Both the position numbers and the translations under genes were made by a program. Shown one piece after another: positions 1-12,754 of a stretch of DNA of 64,000 nucleotides. Source of the DNA: Alistipes senegalensis (lineage in GTDB: Bacteria; Pseudomonadota; Gammaproteobacteria; Burkholderiales; Burkholderiaceae_D); NCBI GenBank assembly GCA_023664945.1, contig JAMPER010000001.1, forward strand, positions 210,829 through 274,828, written 5' to 3'. A model generated the notes under the pieces. That model ran no database searches. It was not told where the DNA came from and saw nothing but the letters and a program-made list of their open reading frames with translations. Position 1 is the stretch's first letter; each line of letters begins with the position of its first letter.

Positions 1-2
1 TG

Positions 3-191
<189 letters not shown>

Positions 192-204
192 TAACCGGTT
201 TTAG

Positions 205-507
<303 letters not shown>

Positions 508-582
508 TAATTGAAACTGGACAGTCCGGATTTTTTCCGGAAAAAACCTGGAAGTGTAAATTATTTGTGAAAAGGAATTACC

Positions 583-1053
583 GTGAATCTCAATGCGACT
601 TTATTCGCGCAAACTGCGGTTTTCATCGTCCTGGCGATCTTTACGGCCAAATTCGTCTGGCCCCCTTTGCGGAATGCCCTTGACGAACGGGCCAAGAAAA
701 TAGCGGAAGGGCTGGCTGCTGCCGACAGAAGCAAGCAGGAAATGGTCGCTGTTGAAAGACACGTCCAGATCGAGCTTGCCAAAGCCCGCGAGGAAGGACA
801 GCGGCGTCTGAGCGAAGCCCAGACCACCGCAACAAAACTGGCGGACGAAATCAAGCAGTCAGCCGAGGTTGAGGCCACCCAGATTGTCGAGCAAGCCAAA
901 GCCCAGGCAGAAGCCGAAGTCAAGCGCCTGCGTGAAAGCCTGCGCAACGAGGTGGCAATTCTGGCTGTCAAGGGGGCTGAGCAGATACTGAAACGCGAAG
1001 TGGATGCTTCTGCTCATGCAGCGCTTCTGAAGCAATTAGCAGACGAGTTGTAA
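583..1053 (+). CDS. atpF: ATP synthase subunit b
   Basis: MNLNATL...FVWPPL..ALDER N-terminal TM followed by coiled coil; GTG start. Confidence 0.97.
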   Translation: MNLNATLFAQTAVFIVLAIFTAKFVWPPLRNALDERAKKIAEGLAAADRSKQEMVAVERHVQIELAKAREEGQRRLSEAQTTATKLADEIKQSAEVEATQIVEQAKAQAEAEVKRLRESLRNEVAILAVKGAEQILKREVDASAHAALLKQLADEL

Positions 1054-1054
1054 T

Positions 1055-1588
1055 ATGGAACTTGCCACTATTGCACGCCCCTACGCGGAAGCGCTTTTCC
1101 GGGTCGCAAGAAACGAAGACCTGCCAAAATGGACTGCCCTTGTGGCAAACCTGGCAGAAATTGGGGCCAATCCCGACATACAGGAATTGGCCGCCAATCC
1201 CAATCTGAACAAAAAACAGTTTGTGGATTTGCTTCTTTCTCTTGTGAAATCCGAAGAAAACCGGGAACTGAAAAATTTCCTGGAAATGCTGCTCGAAAAT
1301 GACCGGGTTCAAATCCTGCCCGAAATCGGCACGCAGTTCCACTTGCTGAAAAACATCAGTGAAGGAACGGCGGATGCAGAAATTATCAGCGCCTTTCCGT
1401 TGAATGACAGCCAGTTGCAGGAGCTGCTCAGGAACCTGGAAAAACGGTTCTTCCGCAAGCTCAAGGCAAAGGAGGTCTCCATCGATAACTCGCTCATCGG
1501 CGGCGTCATCGTCACTGTCGGAGACGAGGTGCTGGATCTGTCCGTTCGCACCAAACTGCAAAAAATGCAGGAAACCCTTGTTTCGTAA
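1055..1588 (+). CDS. atpH: ATP synthase subunit delta
   Basis: ATIARPYAEALF and SLIGGVIV..GDEVLDLSVR motifs. Confidence 0.97.
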   Translation: MELATIARPYAEALFRVARNEDLPKWTALVANLAEIGANPDIQELAANPNLNKKQFVDLLLSLVKSEENRELKNFLEMLLENDRVQILPEIGTQFHLLKNISEGTADAEIISAFPLNDSQLQELLRNLEKRFFRKLKAKEVSIDNSLIGGVIVTVGDEVLDLSVRTKLQKMQETLVS

Positions 1589-1639
1589 CCATTTAAGTTT
1601 GCTTCGACACGAACCGAGAGAACAATTTTAGGAGTTAGT

Positions 1640-3199
<1,560 letters not shown>

Positions 3200-3231
3200 C
3201 AGCGATCTTCATGTGATAAGGAGTACGCCCG

Positions 3232-4101
3232 ATGGCATCAAGTAAAGAAATACGTGGTCACATCAAGAGCGTTGAAAATACCAAAAAGATCACCAAGGCC
3301 ATGGAAATGGTGGCGGCATCCAAGATGCGCAAGGCCCAGGACAGGATGCGGGCCTCGCGCCCCTACAGCGATATTGTCCGCAATATCGCCGCCAACCTGG
3401 CCCAGGCCAATCCGGATTATGTGCATCCCTTTACCTTGCCGCGGGATGGCTCAAAACGGATCGGCTTTGTCGTCATTACAACGGACAAGGGCCTGTGCGG
3501 CGGTCTCAATACCAATATCCTGCGCATTACCACCAACCGGATGCGCGAGGAAGAGGAAGCCGGTAATGAAATCGTCACCGTTGCCATCGGCAACAAGGGC
3601 CTGGGTTTTTTGAACCGTGTCGGCGCCAATATTATCTCGCACGCCATACAGCTGGGAGATGCGCCCCGTCTGGAGCGCCTGATTGGCCCGGTCAAGGTGC
3701 TGCTTGATGAATATGCTGCGGAAAAGCTGGATGCCATTTACCTGTGCTACAACAAGTTCATCAACACCATGAAGCAGGAAGCCGTCATTGAAAAACTGCT
3801 TCCCCTGCCCAATGATATTCTCTCTCCCGGTACTTCAAAGCATACCTGGGAATATATCTATGAGCCGGATGCGCCTTCTGTGATTGATACCTTGCTGGTA
3901 CGTTATCTTGAAGCCCTGATTTACCAGTCTGTTGCCGAAAATATTGCATCCGAGCAGTCTGCCCGGATGGTGGCCATGAAGTCGGCCAGCGATAATGCCG
4001 GCAACGTAATCGGGGAGCTGACGCTGATCTACAACAAGACCCGTCAGGCGGCCATTACGACCGAACTGACCGAAATTGTAGCCGGCGCAGCCGCAGTCTG
4101 A
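3232..4101 (+). CDS. atpG: ATP synthase subunit gamma
   Basis: [13 protein letters not shown]; [10 protein letters not shown]; [16 protein letters not shown]. Confidence 0.99.
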   Translation: MASSKEIRGHIKSVENTKKITKAMEMVAASKMRKAQDRMRASRPYSDIVRNIAANLAQANPDYVHPFTLPRDGSKRIGFVVITTDKGLCGGLNTNILRITTNRMREEEEAGNEIVTVAIGNKGLGFLNRVGANIISHAIQLGDAPRLERLIGPVKVLLDEYAAEKLDAIYLCYNKFINTMKQEAVIEKLLPLPNDILSPGTSKHTWEYIYEPDAPSVIDTLLVRYLEALIYQSVAENIASEQSARMVAMKSASDNAGNVIGELTLIYNKTRQAAITTELTEIVAGAAAV

Positions 4102-4140
4102 TGACCGAATTGAAACCGAAAATTGCTTAAAACGAATTAA

Positions 4141-5538
<1,398 letters not shown>

Positions 5539-5636
5539 AACAGGCAGTATGCCTTGCCGGCTTCCGGAAACAGGATAACCTCCCCGGAAAACCGGCAGGG
5601 CGACAATGTTTTTGAACGAATAAAAAAGGTTCAAGC

Positions 5637-6062
5637 ATGGCAAAGACCATACATGTTGACGTGGTTTCAGCGGAAGAGCTGATTTTTTCAGGGGATGCGG
5701 AACTGGTTGCCGTTCCTGCGGAAATGGGTGAAATCGGGATTTTGCCCATGCACGCCCCGCTGATTACACGCATCAGGCCAGGCGCTGTCCGGATCAAAAG
5801 GCCCAACCAGGCTGAGGAAGAGTTTGTTTTTGTTGCCGGGGGCATCCTTGAGGTGCAGCCCCATGTCGTCACTGTTCTGGCCGATACTGCCATCCGCGGC
5901 CGGGACCTGGACGAGGCAAAAGCCCGCGAAGCCAAGAAACAGGCCGAGGATTCCCTGGTCAACCAGGCATCCAATATCGACTATGCCAAGGCACAGGCAG
6001 AAATTGCCATGGCCATGGCCCAGCTTTCATTGATCCAGAAATTGCGCCGCCAGCGCTACTAG
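5637..6062 (+). CDS. atpC: ATP synthase subunit epsilon
   Basis: [11 protein letters not shown]; [14 protein letters not shown]; GGILEVQP. Confidence 0.98.
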   Translation: MAKTIHVDVVSAEELIFSGDAELVAVPAEMGEIGILPMHAPLITRIRPGAVRIKRPNQAEEEFVFVAGGILEVQPHVVTVLADTAIRGRDLDEAKAREAKKQAEDSLVNQASNIDYAKAQAEIAMAMAQLSLIQKLRRQRY

Positions 6063-6076
6063 GCGCACTGCGCTTC

Positions 6077-6119
6077 CCCCAATAAAAAAGCAGCCTTTGC
6101 GGCTGCTTTTTTATTGGGG
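6077..6119. terminator. Bidirectional intrinsic terminator after atpC
   Basis: Perfect 19-bp inverted repeat CCCCAATAAAAAAGCAGCC / GGCTGCTTTTTTATTGGGG with A and T tracts. Confidence 0.9.
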
Positions 6120-6407
6120 CGGCCCCTCTCTTTCAAGCGGCATAAACGCACGCAAACGGCTAAACCTTGCGTTTTTCCGGCACTTTCTGTTCCTCTTTCC
6201 CTCAACAGAAACAAAGGCAAACAAACTCCCCATCAAGTTGGGTTAAGATAGTACCTGCTCCAAAAACACATACAAAAGAACCTCATAACCAGCAACAGAG
6301 GGCATCCCTGTTACGCAGGTAACATCAGGATGTTTCTGCCTGAAATAAAAGGAAAATATGAGCGGAACGGGCATAACAGATACGGAAAAACCCGGGAACA
6401 ATCGGAT

Positions 6408-6698
6408 ATGAGCTATAAACTGGCAAAGCGGGTTGAAAATGATATTGTTGCCCTGGCTCGCAGGTGCGGATTAAAACAGGCCATCCTTTTTGGTTCAAGG
6501 GCAAGAGGGGATAACCGGGAGCGTAGCGATATCGACCTGGCAATCAAAGGCGGGAACACAGCGGAGTTTATCGCAAGTGCCGATGATGAAATAAACACCC
6601 TGCTGATGCTCGATATTGTGGACCTGGGAAAGCCCGTGCAGGCGGAGCTATTGGCTGAAATCAGCCGGGACGGAATAATGATCTATGAAGAAATTTGA
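6408..6698 (+). CDS. Minimal nucleotidyltransferase (MNT/MntA-like antitoxin)
   Basis: LFGSRARGD...SDIDL (GS-x10-DxD) motif; about 96 aa from ATG 6408 (ORF could extend to 6330). Confidence 0.85.
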   Translation: MSYKLAKRVENDIVALARRCGLKQAILFGSRARGDNRERSDIDLAIKGGNTAEFIASADDEINTLLMLDIVDLGKPVQAELLAEISRDGIMIYEEI

Positions 6699-7074
6699 GA
6701 ATTTTTGCAGGGCATTAAATAACTTGCAGATTATCCGGGATACCAAGGAACCATACGATATTCTGACCATAGCCGGCGGCGTGGCGCTGTTTGGAATCTG
6801 CTTTGAGCAGGCATGGAAAGCCATGAAAGCTATTTTGGCCGACCAGGGATACAGCGCGGCGCAGACCTGTTCGCCCAAACAAATCCTCAAGCTGGCGTAC
6901 AGTGCCAAAATCGTGCAGGACGAGGACAAATGGCTGGCAATACTGGCATCGCGGAACGAAATATCCCATTCCTACAACGAGGAAATTGCGCTGGGACTGA
7001 TGCGGACTGTCAAGGCAGATTATATTGGGATGTTCGAGGCACTCAAAACGGAACTGGAAAAAAACTGGCTGTGA
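6685..7074 (+). CDS. HEPN-domain protein (HI0074/HepT-like toxin)
   Basis: FEQAWKAMK; R-x4-H motif RNEISHSY; overlaps the MNT gene by 14 nt. Confidence 0.85.
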   Translation: MKKFENFCRALNNLQIIRDTKEPYDILTIAGGVALFGICFEQAWKAMKAILADQGYSAAQTCSPKQILKLAYSAKIVQDEDKWLAILASRNEISHSYNEEIALGLMRTVKADYIGMFEALKTELEKNWL

Positions 7075-7277
7075 ATTTTGCAGGGCAATCGGGTATGAAC
7101 TTCAGAGGAAAGCGATTGCGCCTGTCAGCATAAAAGGAGGCACGCCGCTACAGCATTGGCAACGAATGAATCACTTACAAACCTGTTGCCGCGCCCTATT
7201 CCGGCAAATGTGACCTGCCTGCAAGGCTTATCCCATAAAAGCTGCCGCAAAACCTGGCCGGCATTTTTTCGCCATAT

Positions 7278-7781
7278 TTATCTCTCCCCGCCAAACGTCA
7301 GCATACCTGCCAGGTATAAAATGGCGGTCAGTTGCGGCTTGGCGAGAGAGCAAACGTTCACTTCATCTATATTGCAGATAACGTTTTGCGAGCTTTCCTC
7401 ATAAATGAGGTTCTTGTCCATCGTACAGACAACAGGGGCTTTTTCGCTCATGAGGCTGCCATTTTCGCCGCGTGTCATGCGAAAGCTGGCCCCTTCATAC
7501 ACAACGCCTTCATCCATATCCAGGGTATAGGCAGCGTAATCTTCCACATTGACACCGCTGCAAGCCCCGTAATTGAGATCCCAGTCGCCTGTGCCTTCGA
7601 ATACCCTGCCCCTGTTGTCAAGTGTGCAGATGGCATATTGGGGCAGGCGGCTTTTTTCATGGTAGAGGGTATTTCCCACAATGGTACAGACCAGGCTGCC
7701 TTTCCCATCGAAAACGCTGTCATCCTCAATAGTGCCGATGAGGTCTTCTTTCCCGCGGTTTGTTCCTTTGTAAATTCTCAT
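7278..7781 (-). CDS. Hypothetical beta-repeat protein
   Basis: 167-aa ORF with GGGAGAG upstream of ATG and six imperfect (I/V)(Y/F)xG...CT(I/L) repeats. Confidence 0.7.
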   Translation of the reverse strand: MRIYKGTNRGKEDLIGTIEDDSVFDGKGSLVCTIVGNTLYHEKSRLPQYAICTLDNRGRVFEGTGDWDLNYGACSGVNVEDYAAYTLDMDEGVVYEGASFRMTRGENGSLMSEKAPVVCTMDKNLIYEESSQNVICNIDEVNVCSLAKPQLTAILYLAGMLTFGGER

Positions 7782-7808
7782 CTTCTCTCCCTGGGAGGCT
7801 TATTCTAT

Positions 7809-7838
7809 AAAAAAGCAGCCTTTAAAGGCTGCTTTTTT
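7809..7838. terminator. Intrinsic terminator after argB
   Basis: Perfect 30-bp palindrome AAAAAAGCAGCCTTTAAAGGCTGCTTTTTT. Confidence 0.88.
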
Positions 7839-7859
7839 GTTGGGAAAATGGTTTTCCCC

Positions 7860-8741
7860 TCAGGCTGAACGGATCATGGTGCCAAAGGGCTGCTCTGTCA
7901 GGATTTCCAGAAGGAGTGAATGCTCAATCCTGCCATCAATGACATGCACGGCTTTCACTCCTGAGCGGGCGGCATCCAGGGCAGAAGAAATCTTGGGCAG
8001 CATGCCGCCGGAAATGGTGCCGTCGGCAAAAAGCGCATCAATTTCCGACGCGCTGAGATCCGGCAGGAGTTTTTCATTCTTGTCCAGCACGCCCGGCGTA
8101 TTGGTCATCATAATCAGCTTTTCTGCCTGGAGGATCTTGGCAATCCCGCCGGCAACCAGGTCGGCATTGATATTGTAGGCCTGCCCTTCATCACTGAACC
8201 CGATGGGGGAAATAACAGGAATAAAGGCATCATCCTGCAAAGCCTTGACCACGGCCGGGTTGATTTCGGTGATTTCGCCGACAAAACCCAGATCCAGAAA
8301 TTCGCCCGGCCGGCTGCTATCCGGCATCTGCATCTTGCGGGCGCGAATCAGGCCGCCGTCCTTGCCAGTCAGGCCGACAGCCTGGCCGCCATAATGGTTG
8401 ATGAGCATGACAATATCCTGCTGGACTTCACCGCCCAGCACCCATTCGACCACTTCCATGGTTTCTTCATCCGTAATGCGCATGCCCTGGACAAAGGTGC
8501 CGCTCTTGCCGATTTTCCTGAGCGCATTGTCAATCTGCGGCCCGCCGCCATGCACTACCACCGGGTTCATGCCCACCAGTTTCAGGAGGACAATATCGCG
8601 TGCAAAACCATGCTTGAGTTTTTCTTCCACCATGGCATTGCCGCCATATTTGACAACAATGGTCTTGCCGTGGAATTTCTGAATGTACGGCAACGCTTCC
8701 GCAAGTATCTCGGCCTTGGCTGTCGGCGGCAATTGGGTCAT
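7860..8741 (-). CDS. argB: Acetylglutamate kinase
   Basis: [27 protein letters not shown] motifs. Confidence 0.98.
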   Translation of the reverse strand: MTQLPPTAKAEILAEALPYIQKFHGKTIVVKYGGNAMVEEKLKHGFARDIVLLKLVGMNPVVVHGGGPQIDNALRKIGKSGTFVQGMRITDEETMEVVEWVLGGEVQQDIVMLINHYGGQAVGLTGKDGGLIRARKMQMPDSSRPGEFLDLGFVGEITEINPAVVKALQDDAFIPVISPIGFSDEGQAYNINADLVAGGIAKILQAEKLIMMTNTPGVLDKNEKLLPDLSASEIDALFADGTISGGMLPKISSALDAARSGVKAVHVIDGRIEHSLLLEILTEQPFGTMIRSA

Positions 8742-8791
8742 GTCACATCCTTTATCAATAAAAACGGCAGACAGGAAAATGCCGGGCGGAT

Positions 8792-9559
8792 TCAGTTCCG
8801 GGCAACCGGCAACGGTTTTCCGAATACGTCAATATACATGCAATAGAAGGAACAATATACCAGAACCGTCACGACCATCAAGACGGAAAAGGTGAAAATG
8901 AGGCCGATGCTTCTTCCCAGGAAAATCACAACAAGCGTGTTGATCAGCAGGGGCACAAAAAAGCCTGCTGTCAACAGTCCCAGCAGGTAAACCAGGAAGG
9001 GCCGCCAGGTTCTTATCAGGGTAAAGAAGCTGTAGAAAAGGGATTGCCCCACCGGCATGTTTTTCCAGGCAATCAAGGGCGCGACAAACCAGAAACACAG
9101 GAGGGAAAGGGCATACAGGACGGCAGCAAGCAAAAATGCTTCGGTAAACCGGGAATTGAGCAGGGTCTGCACCTCAAACTGCTCGCCCCCCATCGCCCGC
9201 ATGAAGAGGCCGCCATCCACAAAGCGGGAAAGCCAGACGGCAATAAACGCCGCCAGGAAATACAGCCCGCCGACCAGCAGCAAACGCAAGATAACCGGCC
9301 GGGTAAAAACAGCCAGCAGCTCCCGGAAATGAAACGGCTGCTCCTCGCTGACACCGTTAATCGCCTGGAGGAAAAAAACAGAAAAAACCGGTGCAGCCAG
9401 CGAGGGCAAAACAGCGCCCACAAGCGGGAAGGCGCCGGCAAGCATCATGAAGAAAAAGTAAGCGATAAAAAGGTTGGTCAGCAAAAAAGGGCGTTTCCTG
9501 AAAAGGAAAAATCCTTCCCTGATCCACACCAGCCCCATGCGGGCCTCTGTCGTTCTCAT
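8792..9559 (-). CDS. BPSS1780-family membrane protein
   Basis: Multi-TM protein with G..W.REG..LFRK N-terminus; overlaps thrB stop, matching the usual thrB neighbour. Confidence 0.75.
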   Translation of the reverse strand: MRTTEARMGLVWIREGFFLFRKRPFLLTNLFIAYFFFMMLAGAFPLVGAVLPSLAAPVFSVFFLQAINGVSEEQPFHFRELLAVFTRPVILRLLLVGGLYFLAAFIAVWLSRFVDGGLFMRAMGGEQFEVQTLLNSRFTEAFLLAAVLYALSLLCFWFVAPLIAWKNMPVGQSLFYSFFTLIRTWRPFLVYLLGLLTAGFFVPLLINTLVVIFLGRSIGLIFTFSVLMVVTVLVYCSFYCMYIDVFGKPLPVARN

Positions 9560-10512
9560 AAAGGCAAAAAAGAAGTATCGTCTGTACGCAAGCGCAGGAT
9601 GCGCTCGAAATGGGCCGGATCATGCGGCACCAGCATCTCGGCTTCGCGCGGCAAATAAAAGTCATACAGCCGCGACAGCCAGAACCTGAGCGCGGCTGCT
9701 CTCAATAGGGTTTGCCATGCCTGCCGCTCATCGTCAGTGAAGGGCCTGACGGCATGGTAGGCTTCAAGGAAGGCTTTCAGGCGTGCTGCATCAAAGCAGC
9801 CGCTGGCCAGGTCAATGCACCAGTCATTGACGGCAACGGCCACATCAAACAGCCAGGTGTCATTTCCGGCAAAATAGAAGTCAAAAAAGCCTGAAAGGGT
9901 TTCCCCGTCAAACATGACATTGTTGCGGAACAGGTCGGCATGAATCGGGCCTGCGGGCAAAAGGCGGTAAAGCGCTGTTTTGGCAAAGGTTTCCTGCAAG
10001 CGGACTTCCGCCTGCAAAAAGGCAGTCTGGTCTTCCCTGAGAAAACCCGATACCAGCGGCCAGGTTTCCTGCCACCAGGCAAGCCCCCGCAAATTGGGCT
10101 GAAAAGCGGGATAATCCCGGCCTGCCAGGTGCATTTTTGCCATCATTTCGCCCACCTGGGCACACTGGGCGGCACTGGGCTCCGGCTGCCAGTCGCCTTG
10201 AAGCTTGGTCACGAGGCTTGCCGGCTTGCCGCAAAGGGTTCCCAGGATGCGGCCAGTTTTATCCGGAACCGGCCCGGCAACTTTGATACCGCGATCAGCC
10301 AGGTGGCGCATCAAATTCAGGTAATAGGGGAGCTGTTCTGCTGTGAGCCGCTCAAAAAGCGTCAGCACATATTCGCCCTTCTCTGTTGTCACAAAGAAAT
10401 TGCTGTTTTCTATTCCCGAGCTGATTCCCCGTATGGCGCGGGCTTCCCCCACGGCATAGCCGGACAGCCACGGAGCCAGTTCGTGCAAACTAACAGGAGT
10501 AAAAACAGCCAT
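9556..10512 (-). CDS. thrB: Homoserine kinase (type II, APH-like)
   Basis: MAVFTPV; GIENSNFF; [12 protein letters not shown]; FFDFYFAG. Confidence 0.95.
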   Translation of the reverse strand: MAVFTPVSLHELAPWLSGYAVGEARAIRGISSGIENSNFFVTTEKGEYVLTLFERLTAEQLPYYLNLMRHLADRGIKVAGPVPDKTGRILGTLCGKPASLVTKLQGDWQPEPSAAQCAQVGEMMAKMHLAGRDYPAFQPNLRGLAWWQETWPLVSGFLREDQTAFLQAEVRLQETFAKTALYRLLPAGPIHADLFRNNVMFDGETLSGFFDFYFAGNDTWLFDVAVAVNDWCIDLASGCFDAARLKAFLEAYHAVRPFTDDERQAWQTLLRAAALRFWLSRLYDFYLPREAEMLVPHDPAHFERILRLRTDDTSFLPL

Positions 10513-10535
10513 GGATAATCCGGAAGGCCAGAAGG

Positions 10536-10967
10536 TTACGGAGATGTCGGCGGGAGCGGCGCATCGCTGGTATAGTCAAATGCTTCTTCCGTCTCGCTGC
10601 CTGCCTGATCCGGGCGCTGGCCCGTCACGTCAAATTCATGGATGCGCCACATGGCCGGACGGCGTTTGGAAGCCCCGTCGTCAAAGGCGCTTCCCAGCGA
10701 CTGGTTCGGGTAGAGATAGTAGGTGCTTACACCGGTTTTTACCTTGACTTCTTTTACCTCGCCGCCTTCCCTGCGCTCGGTGATTTCCCTGGCGGCATCC
10801 GGCTTGCGGATGGTAATGGTCGGCTGTTCCGTTTCGTCAATCAGTTCCAGTGTTTCCTCTCCTTCGGTTTGGCGTGCAGCATCCTGCGCCATGGCTGCCG
10901 GGCCGGCAGCCAAAACAGCAAGAAACACTCCTAACCTGAAACCCGGAAATACCCGCATACCTGTCAA
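10536..10967 (-). CDS. DUF2782-like exported protein
   Basis: Signal peptide, then PTITIR...[15 protein letters not shown]...YYL...W pattern; polA-thrB context. Confidence 0.7.
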   Translation of the reverse strand: MTGMRVFPGFRLGVFLAVLAAGPAAMAQDAARQTEGEETLELIDETEQPTITIRKPDAAREITERREGGEVKEVKVKTGVSTYYLYPNQSLGSAFDDGASKRRPAMWRIHEFDVTGQRPDQAGSETEEAFDYTSDAPLPPTSP

Positions 10968-11447
10968 TCATCTGGAGAAAGATACTGCCATTGTAACAAA
11001 CTTTATTTTAAGAAATCACTATCCGATATTTCAGCCGATCAAAATTAAAAAATTTTTCTCCCTGCAAAAATCCCCCAAAATGGGGCATGGGCGCCCGCCC
11101 CCTTCCTTATCTTTATCTGCCTCATTTCAGGATGCCCTGTTCCAGACCGCTGCCAATCCGGCCGTTTTTTCCTTTACCTGTTCAAAGCGCATTTTTGACA
11201 AAAAAACCGGAAACGGGTTCCCTTCAGAACCAAAGCAAGCGTTTACCTAAAAAGTGAAAGTGCCATTAGCATCAGAGCCTATCCAAAGTAGCGCCTGGAC
11301 CGCCCTGCCTCTAACCTGGGGAACGCTGATAAAAAGGTAAAACAGGCTTTGCCGGGCGACACTCCCGGGAAACTGCCGATACCGGCAGAACAGCGGCATT
11401 TCTGGCAAAGTTATACCGTCATGAAATGGTTCAGGGAAAATAAATTT

Positions 11448-11981
11448 ATGCAATACATCAGCACCTGTTCTTCCCCGCTCGGGGAAATTCTCCTGGCTTG
11501 TGATGAAATAGGCTTGACCGGGCTGTGGTTTGAGGGAGAAAAATATTACGCCCTGAGTCTGGAAAAGGAATACGAAGAAAAAGAGATGCCGGTTTTCATG
11601 CAGGTGAAACGGTGGCTGGATAGCTATTTTTCCGGGAGGGAACCTGATTTTATGCCGCCGCTCCACATGACCGGCACCCCGTTTAAGCTGGCTGTATGGG
11701 AACTCCTGCGGCAAATCCCTTACGGCCAAACAACCACTTACGGGGAACTTGCAAGATGCCTTGCCGCCCAATGGAATTTGCCCCGCATGTCTGCGCAGGC
11801 TGTTGGCGGGGCGGTAGGCCACAATGCCATTTCCATCATTATTCCCTGCCACCGGGTTATCGGTTCTAATGGCAGCCTGACAGGCTATGCGGGAGGGCTG
11901 GAAAAGAAAATCAGGCTGCTGGCCTGCGAAGGGGTAAATACCGCGCGTTTTTTTGTCCCGAAGAAAGGGACGGCACTGTGA
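11448..11981 (+). CDS. ogt: Methylated-DNA--protein-cysteine methyltransferase
   Basis: IPCHRVIG active site; GTPFKLAVW; start inferred at MQYIS. Confidence 0.93.
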   Translation: MQYISTCSSPLGEILLACDEIGLTGLWFEGEKYYALSLEKEYEEKEMPVFMQVKRWLDSYFSGREPDFMPPLHMTGTPFKLAVWELLRQIPYGQTTTYGELARCLAAQWNLPRMSAQAVGGAVGHNAISIIIPCHRVIGSNGSLTGYAGGLEKKIRLLACEGVNTARFFVPKKGTAL

Positions 11982-12007
11982 CATGCCCCTGCCGCCGTAC
12001 CGGTATC

Positions 12008-12754
12008 TTACAGATACATCATTTTTTGCCTTTCTTCTTCCGAAGGGCCTGTCTGGCGGGACTGGTAGAAATGCAAAATTTCTTCCAGGATTTTATCCGT
12101 CTCATCAATAACCTGCATTAAATCCATATCCGAAGGGGAGATGGTGCCGTGCGCAATCATTGTATCGTTGAGCCAGGCCAGAAAGCCGCGCCAGAAATCA
12201 GACCCCACCAGGATAATCGGGACACGGCGGGACTTGCCGGTCTGAACCAGCGTCAACACTTCGCAAAGCTCGTCCAGCGTGCCGAATCCGCCGGGAAAGA
12301 GGACAAAGGCATCGGCATATTTCGCAAAGGCTACCTTGCGCGGGAAAAAATGCCGGTAAGTCAGGGAAATATTTTGCCAGCGGTTGGGGACCTGTTCCAT
12401 AGGCAGGCTGATATTCAACCCTACCGACAGGGATTTCCCCTCAAATGCCCCCCGGTTGGCCGCCGCCATGATCCCCGGGCCGCCGCCGGAAATCACGGCA
12501 AAACCGGCATCCGAAAGCCGGCGGGAAAGATCCATACACTGGATATAGTAGGCATCGCCCGGATGCAGGCGGGCAGAACCGAAAATCGTAACGGCGGGGC
12601 CGAGTTCGGAAAGATGCTCGGTTGTCTCGATAAACTCTGACATAATGGAAAACATGCTCCACGATTCGCGAGCCTTTAAAATAGTCGCGGCGTGGATATC
12701 TCCGATTTCGTGCAGTTTGGCAATGCTTTTCCCACTGTTTTTGTCTTTGTCCAT
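12008..12754 (-). CDS. LOG-family Rossmann protein (TIGR00730-like)
   Basis: IFGSAR, SGGGPGIM, PGGFGTLDE motifs. Confidence 0.92.
   Translation of the reverse strand: MDKDKNSGKSIAKLHEIGDIHAATILKARESWSMFSIMSEFIETTEHLSELGPAVTIFGSARLHPGDAYYIQCMDLSRRLSDAGFAVISGGGPGIMAAANRGAFEGKSLSVGLNISLPMEQVPNRWQNISLTYRHFFPRKVAFAKYADAFVLFPGGFGTLDELCEVLTLVQTGKSRRVPIILVGSDFWRGFLAWLNDTMIAHGTISPSDMDLMQVIDETDKILEEILHFYQSRQTGPSEEERQKMMYL

Noticed and set aside
10968-11447. 480-bp intergenic region upstream of ogt as an ncRNA or Ada remnant
   Set aside because: No recognisable riboswitch, stable stem set or Ada N-terminal motif.
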